Shown here piece by piece: positions 13,640-28,400 of a DNA stretch of 64,000 nucleotides. Made by a program: the position numbers and the translations under genes. This DNA comes from Octopus vulgaris (lineage: Eukaryota). The first letter of the stretch is position 1; each line of letters opens with the position of its first letter. Location: contig OX597817.1 in assembly GCA_951406725.2 (NCBI GenBank), positions 4,836,001 through 4,900,000 on the forward strand, given 5' to 3'. A model generated the notes under the pieces. That model was not told where the DNA came from. It ran no database searches and saw nothing but the letters and a program-made list of their open reading frames with translations.

Positions 13640-13805
13640 AGGTAACTGCGCCTTTTTTCTCTCCTTGTTTTTTGTGTACCTTCCTGTAGAAGAGCGTAGG
13701 CTCGAAACGTAAAAGACTTTTCTATTCCTCAGCGTTATACTAATACATCTGTTTGCTTTGTACACCACCTGTCTTCGTCTTTTGTTTTTTTCGTAAACTT
13801 TCCAT
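13640..13805 (+). mobile_element. PLE-associated terminal repeat with minimal HHR-like motif (13679-13716)
   Basis: CCTTC-CTGTAGAA-GAGC GTAG GCTC-GAAACGTA-AAAGA; flanks homologous to 31110-31290, 45360-45572 and 63390-63577; ends at (TA)n. Confidence 0.75.
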
Positions 13806-14734
13806 ATATATATATGTATGTATTTATGTATGGTATGTATGTATGCATGTATATATACGTACAAATACGCATTCAAATATATTCACAGACACGAGTGCGT
13901 GCGAACACATGCACATATATATGAATATATTTATCTGTTGATATAACATTGCATGCTTACATCTATATATGCATATGTGTACAATCATAAATTCGCATGT
14001 TTTTACACATATATTTGAAACTTTGAAAAGATAAATGTTTAAAAATTAAGAAGTTTAACAAATGTAAATGCCCGATCTGCAAAAAAATGCATTTTTCGAT
14101 TTCAATAGGAGATTTAACGCACTTTAGTTAAGTATGACATTTTAACCTGATAATTTCTGGACTATTAAACAAAGTAACATTTTCTCTTAAACAGTTTCAC
14201 GAAAATACCACCACTACTACTGCTACTATTACTACTACGAATTCTCATTTTTATATTAGTGTATTATGAATACCAAATTCACCACATCAAAATCAACATT
14301 AATATGTTTGTTGTAGATATAATTATTCATCAGCTGGTCATCGTCACCAAATTCAGCAGCAGAACCAGTATCAATACCACCATCATCATCATTTTCATCA
14401 CAACCATTCACACAACTAACATCACATTAACTACGATCAAAAGTGGCACCAGTGTCATCAGCATCTTCACCATGCTGAGGACTATGTGCGGTGTATCACT
14501 TGTAGTTGAGATAAAATGGCTTCTAATTGCAATCACTCAAGCCTTGTTGCATAAAGGGGAAAATAAGGATATAAAATCGACTATTATGCGTTGATGTGTA
14601 CACAAATATATACACACATACATTCATATAAACAGACATACCTACAGACAGAGACAGTGAGAGTCAGACAGTGACAGTGTGATAAATAGATAGCTAGATA
14701 AATCAAGAGATAGATAGAAAGGTAGATTGATAGA

Positions 14735-15075
14735 TAGAAAGGTAGGTAGGTAGGTAGGTTGGTTGGTAGGTAGGTATGTAGGTAGATAAATAGATAGGTA
14801 GGTAGATAAATAGAATGATAGATATAAAGAAAGTTAGATGTGTGTTTGAGAAACTCTGTGTCAGAGAGAGGGGCTCCCAACCAAACACAGAGTCTCTCAA
14901 ACACACATCTAACTTTCTTTATATCTATCATTCTATTTATCTACCTACCTATCTATCTATTTATCTACATACACACCTACCTACCAACCAACCTACCAAC
15001 CAACCAACCAACCAACCTACCTACCTACCTACCTACCTACCTACCTACCTACCTACCTACCTACCTACCTACCTA
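14735..15075. repeat. Near-perfect inverted duplication (foldback) including (TAGG)n/(TAGA)n
   Basis: ~14735-14861 and 14885-~15075 are reverse complements around a ~23-bp spacer. Confidence 0.9.
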
Positions 15076-15203
15076 TCTTCATTGTTATTGCCAGTTGTAA
15101 AAGACCACGGCCTCCCTCTTTTCTTGGCAGATAAAGTCGTTCTGTATCTGCCTTAAGTTGGTGCATTCAATGCATTGTCAACAGTTTTCGTATTTTTCTG
15201 TCA

Positions 15204-15930
<727 letters not shown>

Positions 15931-16359
15931 GAGGACAAATACATTCCTCATTGGTAGAGCTCTCATTGACTTCAAGTTTCAAAGAAATTAAGAATAGAGA
16001 AGGAAGTAATGTTCTCGCGGAGTTTATTAAAAATGGGTGGACGAAAGTTGCGAAAATCTCAAGAGTGAATGATTCTTCTTTAAGTGTCGACCTATGAGTC
16101 GGAGAAGGCATTTCCTCTTAGGATTTCAGGGAAATCATGGACAGTAGGATTCCTCGATTATCCATAGAGGCTTTCCTTTATCAGGAAGACCACATCTCTA
16201 TCATCCTGAATACGTCCCTTCTTTTTTAGTGCACACCCTGTATACTTAATTTCTTTCTTCCTTTCCTTTTTAATAATTTCATTACGTCTTTATGTCCTTC
16301 TTTGTATTGTCCCCCCCCTCATCATTCGCTCTTGTAGGCAATAAGTGAAATCCTTAACA

Positions 16360-16462
16360 TATCATCATTATCGTCGTCGTCGTCGTCGTCGTCGTTATCA
16401 TCATCATCATCATCATTCTCATCGCCATCAAGATCATCATCATCATCATCATCATCATCAAG

Positions 16463-16493
<31 letters not shown>

Positions 16494-16525
16494 AGATCAT
16501 CATCATCATCATCATCATCATCAAG

Positions 16526-16558
<33 letters not shown>

Positions 16559-16604
16559 TTCACCATCATCATCCTCATCATCATCATCTTCACCTTCATC
16601 ATCC

Positions 16605-16638
<34 letters not shown>

Positions 16639-16650
16639 AATCATCATCAT

Positions 16651-16713
<63 letters not shown>

Positions 16714-16736
16714 TATTATTATTATTATTATTATTA

Positions 16737-16780
<44 letters not shown>
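16360..16780. repeat. (CAT)n/(CGT)n/(TAT)n trinucleotide array
   Basis: Read directly; source of the poly-D/H/M ORFs. Confidence 0.95.
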
Positions 16781-16783
<3 letters not shown>

Positions 16784-17660
16784 CATTCATATTTTTATTA
16801 CGTGCTTTCACTGCAATACCGACCGCAGCTCTGTATGCCTTGGGTACATGCTGTTGTTTGTTATGATGCTTTTATTGTTACTGCATTGAAAGTGCATTAC
16901 GTGGGATGTGTGCGATGCCTAGAAGTGCTATTTTCTGTATGTTATATATGCTTGTTAGACCTGGTGTTTTGTTGTTACGTATATGTCTGAATATGTTTTC
17001 ATCATACCTAACGCGCATACTATGATAGTAATTGTTTCTGTTTTTAGACTTCACATTCGAGTTACTATTCTATTCTATTCTATTCTATTGCCAGGTCTTT
17101 GTATTTTGATAGTCTTTCCATTTCTTTTAGAGAAACGTTGTCATCTCTTGGTATTGATACATCGATTAGAAAGCATTGTTTTTCTTGATGAACTCTGACA
17201 ACTGTATCCGGCCGATTGGCCTTAAGTTCTATATCTGTTTGTATTGACACATCCCATACTATAGTTCTGTTCTCATTTTCTGTGGCCTTTTCTGGCGTGT
17301 GCCTACACCATCTTTTTTCCGTTGTCATTCCATAGTGTTGGCATAGCTTCTAGTGTATATTGATCCCAACACTGTCGTGTCTATGAATATGTTACTTATT
17401 AGCCAGGAATGGGCGGCCTGAGACAATATAGTTTTTTGTTTCTTGTCCATATCTACATATTCTATAGTTACTTGCTATAGATGTTTTTGGTAATTTCTGG
17501 TGAGAAGGCATTAGTCTTATGCTGCAATTAAATACCCTTCAGTCTCTGCTTTGATTCCTGAGCTTCTCCCTCATTGTTGGGTGTTTCTTTTGCGATTAGT
17601 TGAACCCAGTATTTACCGTGAAGGGCCTCTTCTTGCCATCGTTTTATCATGATGCTGCAT
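16781..17660 (-). mobile_element. R4/Dong-clade LINE 3' fragment (degenerate zinc knuckle and PD-(D/E)xK RLE)
   Basis: WDVSIQTDIELKANRPDTVV..KQCFLIDVSIPRDDNVSLKEMERLSKYKDL; homologous to 15351-15695; 3' end abuts (TAA)n. Confidence 0.85.
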
Positions 17661-18829
17661 GCTGTTGAATGCAGTTGGTTTGTGGCAAACTTTCGGTTTA
17701 TCTACGCTACGAAATTTCCATTTCTGTTGCTGGTTATCTCATCGTAAGATTTCATAAGAACCAAGTAACAACTCCCAATAAATTTTCTATTGATGCCTCT
17801 GTAGCTGAATGGAAAATCTTACTCAGTCAGATTATAGTGTAAAGCTTGTATTTTCATTACATTTGTATTTTTACTAGTTTTTAGATGTAAGTAATATTTA
17901 TGCGGGGTTTTCTTTTTCAAGCAAGCAATTTAGAGCAACGTTTTTGACATTTATGTATAATATTTTTTTTTTTAAAGGGACTAAGACTGGGGTAGGAAGA
18001 GACTCTGTACTTAACGTGCACCTCTATATGTAACTCAATCGAAATGATACCAACTTGTCAACGAGTTTAAAATATTTGGCGTTGAAGTGTGTTAGGTTTC
18101 AAATCAGCAGACAATGGAAGGAGAAGCCTTTAAATTATAAACAAAATAGTGAACAAATAATTACATTTTGATTAGAATTAAGACTATTCGCTAAATTATG
18201 ACGGATTTTTAATGCAGAGTTTGTCCTTAATTTATATAAGGATTTTTAATGTCTTTTGACATATTGCGTTCGAATCTTACGTATGAATATGCAGGATGTA
18301 TTAATCCTAACAAAGTATAAGATCAGCAGGGGCGCAATTGTAACTACTATCAACGCCGTCGGCTGAGTTACAAATATCACTAAAAAATTATCTCGCAATA
18401 TTCACACATGACATTCTTCAAACAAGACAATAAGGGGCTCTCTCAGTGGCTTCCTAACTTGTTAGAAATAGTAGCTAGGCCTTCACAATTTACATAGTAC
18501 TGTTAAAAGAAAAAGAAACTCTATGCTTTCTTTGATATGAGAGAATGACCATGGCTGGAATGCCTTTACAGTGACCTTTGCCATTTCAAAGAGAAATTCT
18601 CTGAGGTTAAATATACTACACAAGCATATTGGACACAAACTGGTCGAATTGTCAGAGCGTATTACAGAATGTTTCATAATATTTGTTTTGTCTCCTTGCG
18701 CCTTGACTTCAAATATCACTGATGTTCTTTTTAACTTTTAGCCATTCAGGGTCGATAAAAATCTACCAATCCAAGGCAGTGGATCAGAGGAACAGTAAGA
18801 ATATCGAACCGAGGGTGATGCAGTATTTG

Positions 18830-18871
<42 letters not shown>

Positions 18872-19658
18872 GTCACCAAATTTCCCTATGACCTACTAAG
18901 TTGGGAGACTTAAACGCGTCATCTTGGGTGTTTTTAGCGAAACACATTCCGTTGCAAGCATTTTAGGTCATACTATTAGTTTGATCATACGTCCCTTTCT
19001 CCTTTCTATCAGTAACCGGACGCTCGATTCCAGTTCATGTCTATTTTTTTCTCGCTAAAGCTCACGCGCGCACGCACACGCACACACACACAAACAACAA
19101 AAACACACACAGAGTAAAAAAACAATAGTATCAACCAAGACATACACCAGACAATAATAGTAATTTCTACACAATATGCCATGGGAAATTTATCAAAGCA
19201 TACAGTAAACGACGGTTATTTTTTTGGCTTTTGTTTTTTTCAAAACGCAGAAAATTCAATTCTGTTGTTAGCAATATTTCTTTTGTTATTCATCCATCAA
19301 GCGTGTAATAAATGAGAAACAATAATATATATTTTAATAGCCATAAGGGACATTTTCATTATAATATACAGCAACTGTTTTTGTCTCTGGCATTGTACTG
19401 TGTACGTTAAATGTGATCGACCATTATCAAGAACCTAATAATTCACAACGGGAGGCGTCTCACTATTTCAGGCATTAGCAGTACTGTAAATCTGTATATT
19501 TGTAATCATAGATCAGGCAAACTGATAATATTTATTTGAAATTCAAAGTATGTATGTTGAGGAATTCGTGAAGACCATACAACACAGCTGAGAGTGAAGC
19601 ACATTTAGTGATGACAAGATATGTGAGTCAGCGAGAAAGATGTATCAGAATATATCGT

Positions 19659-19985
19659 TTCTTTACTTGTTGAAGTCAATAGATTTCGGCCATGCTGGGG
19701 CACTGCCTTGAACAACATTTAGTTGAATGAACAGATCCCAGATTTTTTTAAGCTTTGCACTTATTCTATCGTCTATTTTACCGAATCGCTAAGTTAGGGA
19801 GACGTAATCACACTAACAACGTTTGTCAAGCAGTGGTGGTACACAAACACATTTTGCGTTACCTCATAAGGCTTTAATAAGCCTGAGGCTATAGTAAAAG
19901 AAACTTGCCCAAGTGGCCAAGCAGTTGAGCTGAAATCAAAATCACGTGACTGGGAAACAAGCTTCTAATCACATTGCCACGCTTC
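19659..19985 (-). mobile_element. Diverged SINE family B copy
   Basis: CGGCCATGCTGGGGCACTGCC, CTGAGGCTATAGTAAAAGAAACTTGCCCAAG and other blocks shared with 13023-13432. Confidence 0.75.
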
Positions 19986-20644
19986 ATCAGAAAAATATTG
20001 GAATATTCTATTGAAATATCCATATTTTTTATGTTGTTTCTCACTGTGTATAATGTACGGCAAAGATATTTAATCACTGACATTTCTGGTCCATATATGT
20101 CGGTATGTATTAAGAGTTCTAGCTGGTTCTCAAATATAACCAGTAAAATAATATAAAAGGGAATTGTGTCACTTATGTAGATCACATGGGTAAAGCAAAG
20201 TATTGGAAAACAGTCATATGTCATATGTCATAAGTCATATGTCACAAGTTTTATCTTTAATGTTACGCTTGCATGTTTGAAAGATATAGAGGGGGACGCT
20301 AGGTGTTTACTTAAGCGAGTGTGTGGGTTGGTGTGCGTGTATGTGTGTGTCTGTGTTTGTGTGTGTGCCTGTGAGAGAAAGAGAGAGAAAGAGGGAGCCA
20401 GAGAGAATTGTACATTTGCATTTGTTTTGCAACGTAATTCTAGTGAAATCCTGTTATGAAGCAGATGTACTTTAGAGAATTATTTTATTCATAACAAAAG
20501 CATATCCAGATTCTGACGAAAAGACATTGACGAATGGACTGCTTGAAGACTCAAACAACTTCTGAAACAAAGTAACGAATCCCATAAGCCACGTGTTCTA
20601 CAAAAGAGGATAATAGTAACAACAACGATAATAACGATAATAAT

Positions 20645-21220
20645 CCTTTCTACTATAGGTACAAGCCCTGAAACTTAGTGGAGGGGGCACGTTGAATATA
20701 GCGGCACATTATTCAAATGGTACCTATTTTATTGTCCGCTAAAGGAAGGAATGCAAAGTCAACCTGGGCAGCACTTGAACTCAAGATAGAAATCGGAAGA
20801 AATACCGCTAAGCATTTTATCCGATTTTGCCAGCTCATCATTTAAACGACGACAACAAAAGCAACAATAACAGTATTAATAATCATTTTTACTAAAGACA
20901 CAAGGCCTGAAATTTTTATGGGGGCGGGCGAGTTGATTACGTCAGCCAAGGTGCGTAACTGATACTTATTTCATCGAACCCGAAAGGATGAAAGGCAAAG
21001 TCGACCTCGGTGGAATTTGAACTCAGAACGTAAGGACGGACGAATTGTTTCTGATTTAAGGTACAAGGCCCTGAAATATTGAAAGTGGATTTCAAGTCGA
21101 AAGCATGAGACTCATCACTAGACTGGAACTTTATTTTAACGCCTTCAGAGGAATGGCTGAAAGGCAAAACTGGCCATTGCAGCATTTGAACTAAGAACGT
21201 AAAATGTTTAAATACACTTG
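20645..21220 (-). mobile_element. Three tandem diverged SINE family A copies
   Basis: Repeated ACAAG(G/C)CCTGAAA...AAAGGCAAAGTCGACCTCGG.GGAATTTGAACTCAGAACGTAA blocks at ~20645, ~20890 and ~21050. Confidence 0.75.
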
Positions 21221-21409
21221 GTTTAAATTTGATTTTTTTTTTATCCAACTTGGTCGATAAAACACCAGTCAAATAATCGATTAACCTTCTGCCCGCAATT
21301 TGCGCCTACATTAGTAACAACTGCTAACAGTAATAGTAATAGAGTTATGATAACGATAACAACGATAATGTTAACAATAACAGCAATGATGATGATGATG
21401 ATGATGATG

Positions 21410-24070
21410 GGGGGACGAAAGAAAAGTTGAAACGAAATGTCTGTGAAAGAAGAAACTGTGCAAGAAAAGCACAAAACAAAGACGCATAATGTAAAAGAAT
21501 ATTTCAAGATGTAGATAAGATTGTTGGAAAGAGAAAGATGAAGTTAGAAAATGGTTATGAATATGACAGACTGAAGAAAAAAATTTAGTTGTGACAGGAA
21601 ATGTTTGAAGGTTGTAATTGAAGATATAAAGCAGTGCATATTCGTAAATATAGGAAAAGTAACAAGATATGCTGACAGAGTAGAGCATTGTAGGAAAATA
21701 GATTAGTACAAATTGATCAGAAGAAATTTCATCAAGAAATAAGCGGAGAAAACACGCAACAAAGTGTTATGCCAGAAAGAATAGAAAAGAATAGGAGTGA
21801 GATGTAGCGTAAGGAAGAGCAGCGTAATACTGAGACTGGGCGACTACAAAATTCGAAGGTGTCTGTTACTTGTCCACAGGAGGAAGACATTAGAATCGAA
21901 AAAGAAGATGCACGACAAGTAAAAGAGCAAATGAGTAAATGGAAAGCAGCTGGGTATGATAGTGTTCAGTGGCTATTGGATAAAGAAGCTGACAGGATGC
22001 CACAAAAATTGTACAACAGTTTAATGCGCCGAACAACGAAAATGACTGTCGGATAAACAGTACTATGTTTGAAGTGTGCTTCCACAGAGAATGCCGTGGA
22101 TAATTACAGACACATAATATACCTGCTATTGATAGAGAATCTGTTCATTGGAATAATCACTGATGAAATAAATACATTGCTTGATGGCAACGAAATTCAG
22201 GTTGTTGTATAGAGAGCTGTAAACGGAATTGCAATGGGCACTAGGGAACTGCATTTCATAGTGAAAATCGTTATGAAAGACAGTAAGCGAAGGAAGACAA
22301 ATTTAGCAATGTCATGGACAGATTTCCGTAGGAGGAATGATATGAAGCCAAATTCATGGTTCATTGAATGTTTGAACATGAGCGGAGTTGTAAAGAACGA
22401 CAAGCGGACTTTCAGAAAAAAAGGGGGAGTTGAAAGATTGGGCTCACAAGCTTAAGAACGTGTTAGAAATCAAGGAAGAGATTTTTCAAGGAAACAGCTT
22501 TACACCTTTCCTAATTGTTTTAAGTTTTATTCTTGTAATATCATTACTGTGAAAAGTAATATCTGGATATAAGTGCAAAAGCATAAGGATCTTGAAATAT
22601 AAAGTAAGGATTGTGCTCAAATCTGTTATTTAGTGGACATATTTCATTGCTTTTGAAAGTACATCGAAATTGAATTTGACCTGAGTAATATTCCTGTTAA
22701 GAGTGAAAGTTGAGAAACTTGATTTATAAAAGTATCTTCATGGGAAATGATTGATGAAAATGGGTATGAATAACCGGGCATATTTCAATTTAGGAAACTG
22801 ATGGAAGAAACAACGAAGAAACGTTTAACGCAAAACTGTACTTCCCAAGAGTTAGACATGAGCAATGGTCAAAACTAAACGGAAGAAATCATTTTCGATT
22901 AATTACTATTTGAGCGCTTGCATTATTCAAGTATGGTGCATGTATTATCATTTGGAACAAAAATAGAGTTACAGAGGCGCTAAGGAAATCGAAAAAACTA
23001 GTCATAAGGCACGGAGCATTCTTTACATGGAACGATATTGACAGTTAAAATGTGGGTGGGATAAATCAGAAGTTGAAATCGTAAGTGCTTAGGAGAAACT
23101 AGTTTGGGATGAAGAATGCTGTAGAACATTTGCGAGTGCAGGTGAGAATTTCTTATATAGGCAGGACAGACACGTGTGCTGAGACAAAATGGCACAAAGA
23201 AAAAGGAAAGAGTAAGGAAGATGAAAGAAAATGGAATGAAAGCAAAATGTACGGGCAGTATGCAAGAGATGTGAACTAAAATACAGATGTCGATGGAAGA
23301 TGGCATTCATTAAGGGAGATGGAAGATAGTACAAGAACCAGCATTTAGGACAAATTACACCAAAATACAGCAATAAGTGACAAGTGCAGAATGTGCAGTG
23401 ATAACAGTGGGATAATAAGGCATTCTGTGAATAAGTGCACGAATAAATGCGCAATAGGAATACAAAAGAAGACAAGATAATGCCACAACGTTGATTCATT
23501 AAGAGGCGTGTAGGTAGTATGGATTGGGTAGAACAAAGATTTACTAGGGGAAAACCAAAGAAGCAATGATCCTGAATCACAAGGTAAAGATACCATGGGA
23601 TGTAATGATGCAATAGGATCATGAGTTTGAACATCGAAAGCTGGCTGTATTGATTTTTAATAGAGAGAGAAACGTATATGTAATCATAGATAAGACATGC
23701 CCAGGTGATGAGAAGGTACCTTTGGAAAAACAGGAGATGCAGATCTGATATCATGGTTTCAAGTGAGATATAAAAAGACTGGGGTCTTTTCAGAAATTAA
23801 GTATTGTAGCTGTCGTTGTTGGAGCCTAGGCAAATATAAGTACGACGCTCACAAATTGGATTGAAGAGATAGGAGCGCATGCAACAGTAGGGCATCTACA
23901 CAAGAAAGCGTTGCTTGAAACAGCACGAATACTCCGCTGTGTCCTCGAAATCTGGATGAAGAATGTTACTTAGCCCACTGGCTGTGGTCAACTTGCTACA
24001 TCATCTAGCGAAGTTGCTCTGTTAAACAACAACAACAACAACAACTGCATGAACATAATGATAATAATAC
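21410..24070 (+). mobile_element. Long, heavily decayed R4/Dong-like LINE (RT, CCHC, RLE)
   Basis: Ordered motifs: WKAAGYD; GTRELHFIVKIVMKDSKRRKTNLAMSWTDF..NDMKPNSWFIECL (RT); IFQGNS; K.MYGQY; CRMC; VVVGA; KKALLETARILRCVLE; (AAC)/(ATA) tail. Confidence 0.8.
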
Positions 24071-24823
24071 TTTAGTTTTGGTAAAATTAAAACCCGATAT
24101 TTTCAGACAAAAAGAATTTGAGCATCAGGAATTTCATGCCATTTAGCTTAGCAATATTATATAGTCAACCAAATTGCTTCAGTTGCAAAATGAAACTGCG
24201 CCACCTTTTTTACTTAACAAAAGCTTAACTTTCCTTTCATCCAATCCTAGAAAAATTTAGATTAGAAAAAAACAAGAAATAAAAAAAAAAAACATTGTTT
24301 ATGGGTTCAGTTGTCAGACCCTTACTTAATGGTTTACTGTCTGACTGATTATTTAACTGTCGTTTCTGAAACCCAATATGTTTGTTAGTATGTATTCCCG
24401 TAAGTCTCTTGTAAAAGTTCACTTTGCTTTGACCCTACCGCTTACTCCCTAACAAATCTCTTATTATAGTTTTCGTCAAGGCTGTCACATTTCACTAGAG
24501 CCGGAGAGTAAAACGATATTTCTCTTTACTGATAATAAAAAGAAATTTAAAACTAGCAATGTATATTACAGACCTATATACTTACAGCTAAAATCTTTTG
24601 CTTTGTATGATGTCTGAAGTACGTGTGTGTGCTTGTTTGCTCGTGTGAGTGCGTGTAGTTTTAATGAGTGTTTGGAAATATGAGTTTTGTGTGTTTACAC
24701 AAAAGCTGTCAGGTTCCAATCAGACTACAGATACCACTGTACTTTTGGCTGGTACTGTATATCTCCTTTTTTTCTCCCTGCCTCTATCATGCATACATGC
24801 ATGCATACAGTAATATATTTATA

Positions 24824-26426
24824 TTGGGTCATCCCCTAAATAATGCGGTTTTTTAATACTTCTTTTATTTTTCTTATGTAAGATAAACAGAGTTCATTTT
24901 TTATCTAAAACTAGCAGTATCGCCCGGCGTTGCTCGGGTTTGTAAGGGAAATAACTATATAAGCATTTTTAGAGAGTTATAGCCAAAAAATAGCAAAAAA
25001 TGCATTAAAAATGGAAAAAAAAATTATGGTAATTTTTTTTTTAATCGTTGACTCATCGTAGTCATTTTTAGAGAGTTACTTCCCTTATATAATAGCGAAA
25101 AAATGCATTAAAATGGAAAAAAATGATGGTAAATTTTTCTTTTAATCGTAGACTTATCGTAGACGCGCGCTAATACCCAGAAGGGCTCGATATGAATAAC
25201 AACTATAAGATACCCGGTTTTGGTTAAACTGCACCGCAAAATGTGGGAGTAGTTAGGAATCTAGATCGTACGAGACAGACACACAACTTGACTTTTATAT
25301 ATAAAGATATACTCTCCATCATTTTCTACAATGCTCTTTCATATATCTACCAGATATATAAATTCACTTGTCCGTTACGAAAAATACTACTTCAGTACTG
25401 TTTTGACCCCGTCTACAGAATTCCTGTTATTCTGTCCAAATGATTTTGAAGATTGCGGAATAAATGACAATCAGATGGGGCAAAGTCCGGCGAATACGGT
25501 GGGTAGAGCATCGTTTCCCATTCACACTGCTCCTGCCTTTGGAATGTCATCCTCGCTGTATGTGGCCGAGCATTATCCTGATGGAAGAACACCTTTCGTC
25601 TTCAAACCAAAGATGCTCGTTTTCCTTCTGGCGCTGACTTAAACCGCCCAAGGTGCTCGTAGTAGATCTCCTTTCTTATCGGTTGGTTTTGGTTTAAAAG
25701 TTCAAAGTGGAATAAACTTTTCACTAAACAGATAAGAACACTTTATGTCATTGAAGACTTGGGTGCCAGTGTCTCTCGTTTCTCAACTCACTGTCTTGAG
25801 TGCTTGACATTTTCATAGAGAGCCCATTTCTCGTCACCCGCCACTATTCTGTCCAGAAAAGGTCCATTCGTAAGACGCGTCAGCAAAGAAGAGTGCACAT
25901 TCACTCTCTGCGTGCAGTTACACTCGGAAAGTTTGTGAAGACCCCACTGACCCAATTTGTTGAATTTTCCGATGGTACGTAGGTGTCGATGAATGGTTGC
26001 ATGCCCAAATCCAAGCTTCTCTGCTAGTTCCTCAACATTTACGACGGGATTTTGTTCCACGGGGTTTGCGGGACCTCCTCGTCGAGCTCTACAGGTTTTC
26101 CAGGTCGAGACTCGTCTTGTAGGCTGTAGTTTCCAGCTCGGAATTTCTGGAACCTGCGTTGACACTGGCTTACTCTTATTTTCCGATATCCATATCCTGC
26201 ATTAATATTCCTCGTACTTTCCGGTGCGTTTATGCTTTTATTGAACTCATAAATGAAAATAAGCCGAATATGCTCTTCTGTCACTTCCACTACAACTTTG
26301 AAAAAATAACTGTTAAAATGGAGCTGGACTCTTTAAAACGTGTACTAAGAATACCTAAAAGGTAAAATTACTACTTGCTTTTATAGCAAGTTGATGCAAC
26401 ATCACATTATTTATAGGATGACCTAA
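24824..26426 (-). mobile_element. Full-length mariner (DD34D) transposon, frameshifted transposase
   Basis: TIRs TTGGGTCATCCCCTAAATAATG / CATTATTTATAGGATGACCTAA with TA flanks. Motifs: HIRLIFIYEF, GQWGLHKL (WVPHEL-like), RIVAGDEKW, FHQDNARPH, PPYSPDFAPSD. Confidence 0.93.
24911..25307 (-). mobile_element. Non-autonomous Helitron nested in the mariner
   Basis: On the minus strand it starts TC and ends CTAG, with subterminal hairpin CCCGAGCAACGCCGGG; inserted between A and T without a TSD; second copy at 56942-57325. Confidence 0.85.
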
Positions 26427-26467
26427 TATATACTCAGATAAAGAATGAAGGGATTTTATGTTGAGAG

Positions 26468-26514
<47 letters not shown>

Positions 26515-26554
26515 TCTCTCTATATATATATCCATGTAGTTTACTACTTCTTGC

Positions 26555-26586
<32 letters not shown>

Positions 26587-27435
26587 CATGTATGTATGTA
26601 TACTTATATATACTTTCAGTAGATGACTTATGCATATATATCTCTTTGTGTATGTGTATGTGAGTGTGTTTCTGAAGTAGCCACTGACAATGCATATATT
26701 TTGAGGCTCAGATCATTGACAAATATTTAACTCTATTGATATTTTAGATTCACGTCTCCCAAGCACATCAGAATATTTTATATAATGATTGTAATAGATG
26801 TTTTGAAAAGAATACAAAATACAAAAGCTGTGTTCTGTTGCCAAGAGCAAATCATTATTTGCTCCCTAAAATCGAGGTTGCTACAAATTCATTGCCGTAC
26901 TTTATTATCAGGAAAATGTTAATTTTTGTCAGAGGTCTATTTTTATGAATGATCGCAACGTATGACTGAGAGCGTCGTATTTTCTTCGACATACGTTTTG
27001 AAATAAAGACTTCTTTGATATTGCTGCCGGTCGATAAACATAGACGTACGGAACATCTGTCTCCATGTAGATGGTTTTTAGGCCTTAGATCCACTCTTAT
27101 GTGATATATATATCGTCCCTATTCCTATTCCGTCATGTCCAGGAGTTTATGCCCTAAGTTATCAATATATGGAAATGAAAGCCATTTCCCAAAATATATT
27201 AAAATAAGCATGTTGATGACTTGTGGTGTGTGTGTATATATGCATGTATACATACATACATACATACATATATATACATATATTTAGAAGCATGCGCCCA
27301 CACACTCACGCGCACACACACACATACACTCGCATACATGATATTTTACATCATGTATAGACAAAATGAGAAAAGGGAGTAATAGAATGAATGGGAGGAG
27401 CAAAAGATTAGAAGAGAAAAAGAAAGATAGAAGAG

Positions 27436-27503
<68 letters not shown>

Positions 27504-27519
27504 GGTGGTGGTGGTTGTG

Positions 27520-27568
<49 letters not shown>

Positions 27569-27650
27569 CGGTGGCAGCGGTGGCGGCGGCGGCGGTGGTG
27601 GTGGGGGAAGTAGAAGAAAGAAAGAAAGAAAGAAAGAAAGGAAGAAAGAA
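27436..27650. repeat. (GTA)n/(GGT)n/(GAAA)n simple repeats
   Basis: Read directly. Confidence 0.95.
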
Positions 27651-28079
27651 GTGTGTATTTCGGCACGTAAATATATAATTAGACTAATTAATGTTTTTTT
27701 TGTTTAACGAGATTTATTCACGTGTGAACGTCATTAACGCAGTACAAATAGTTCCCTTTTAGATTAGTGAAACGCGAGAGGTAAAGATGTTGGACGGGAG
27801 GGTGGAAATTTAGGGAATAGAGATAAAATATGAATTGATATAGATGGTGCTGAGTAGTGTAGATGATGAGCGTGATGATATGCGTGTGTGGGGGTGGGGG
27901 GTGGAGGAGCCTAAGTGACAAAAAGGTGATGGAGGCGAGATGGAGACAGGTGAAATGGATATGGGTGTTTGAATACTGTGGCGGTCGATGATTATTATGG
28001 TGGAAATGGTTCGTGATGAACCTAATTGTAGAGGTGATGAGAGTTGTGATGGCAGTGCTATTGCTCCTGTGGCTACAGA

Positions 28080-28082
28080 TTG

Positions 28083-28120
<38 letters not shown>

Positions 28121-28400
28121 GTGGTGATGATGATGATGACGACGACGACGTCGACGATGATGATGATGATAACGACATCGACAAGAACGATGATGATGAT
28201 GATGATAATGATCACGACGACGACGATGATGATAACGACGACGACGGGGACGATGATGATGATGATGATGATGATGATTGCTATTGTTGTTGTGGTAGTG
28301 ATGGTGATGGTGGTGGTGGTGGTGATGATGATGAATGACGATGGGGATGAGGGTAATAAGGGCGATGATCACCACAACGAAGATAATACTGATGATGATG
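28080..28400. repeat. (GAT)n/(GAC)n/(GGT)n array
   Basis: Read directly. Confidence 0.95.

Noticed and set aside
16322-16866. Poly-D, poly-H and poly-M ORFs (also 27346-28516 and 51501-52025)
   Set aside because: Pure trinucleotide repeats open in several frames; no splice or codon evidence.
20507-20581. CTGACGA...GAAACAAAGTA possible hammerhead
   Set aside because: Core words are present but stem II is weak and stem I is out of register; compatible with chance.
23089-23754. 221-aa minus-strand ORF
   Set aside because: Antisense to the decayed R4/Dong-like LINE; no independent protein features.
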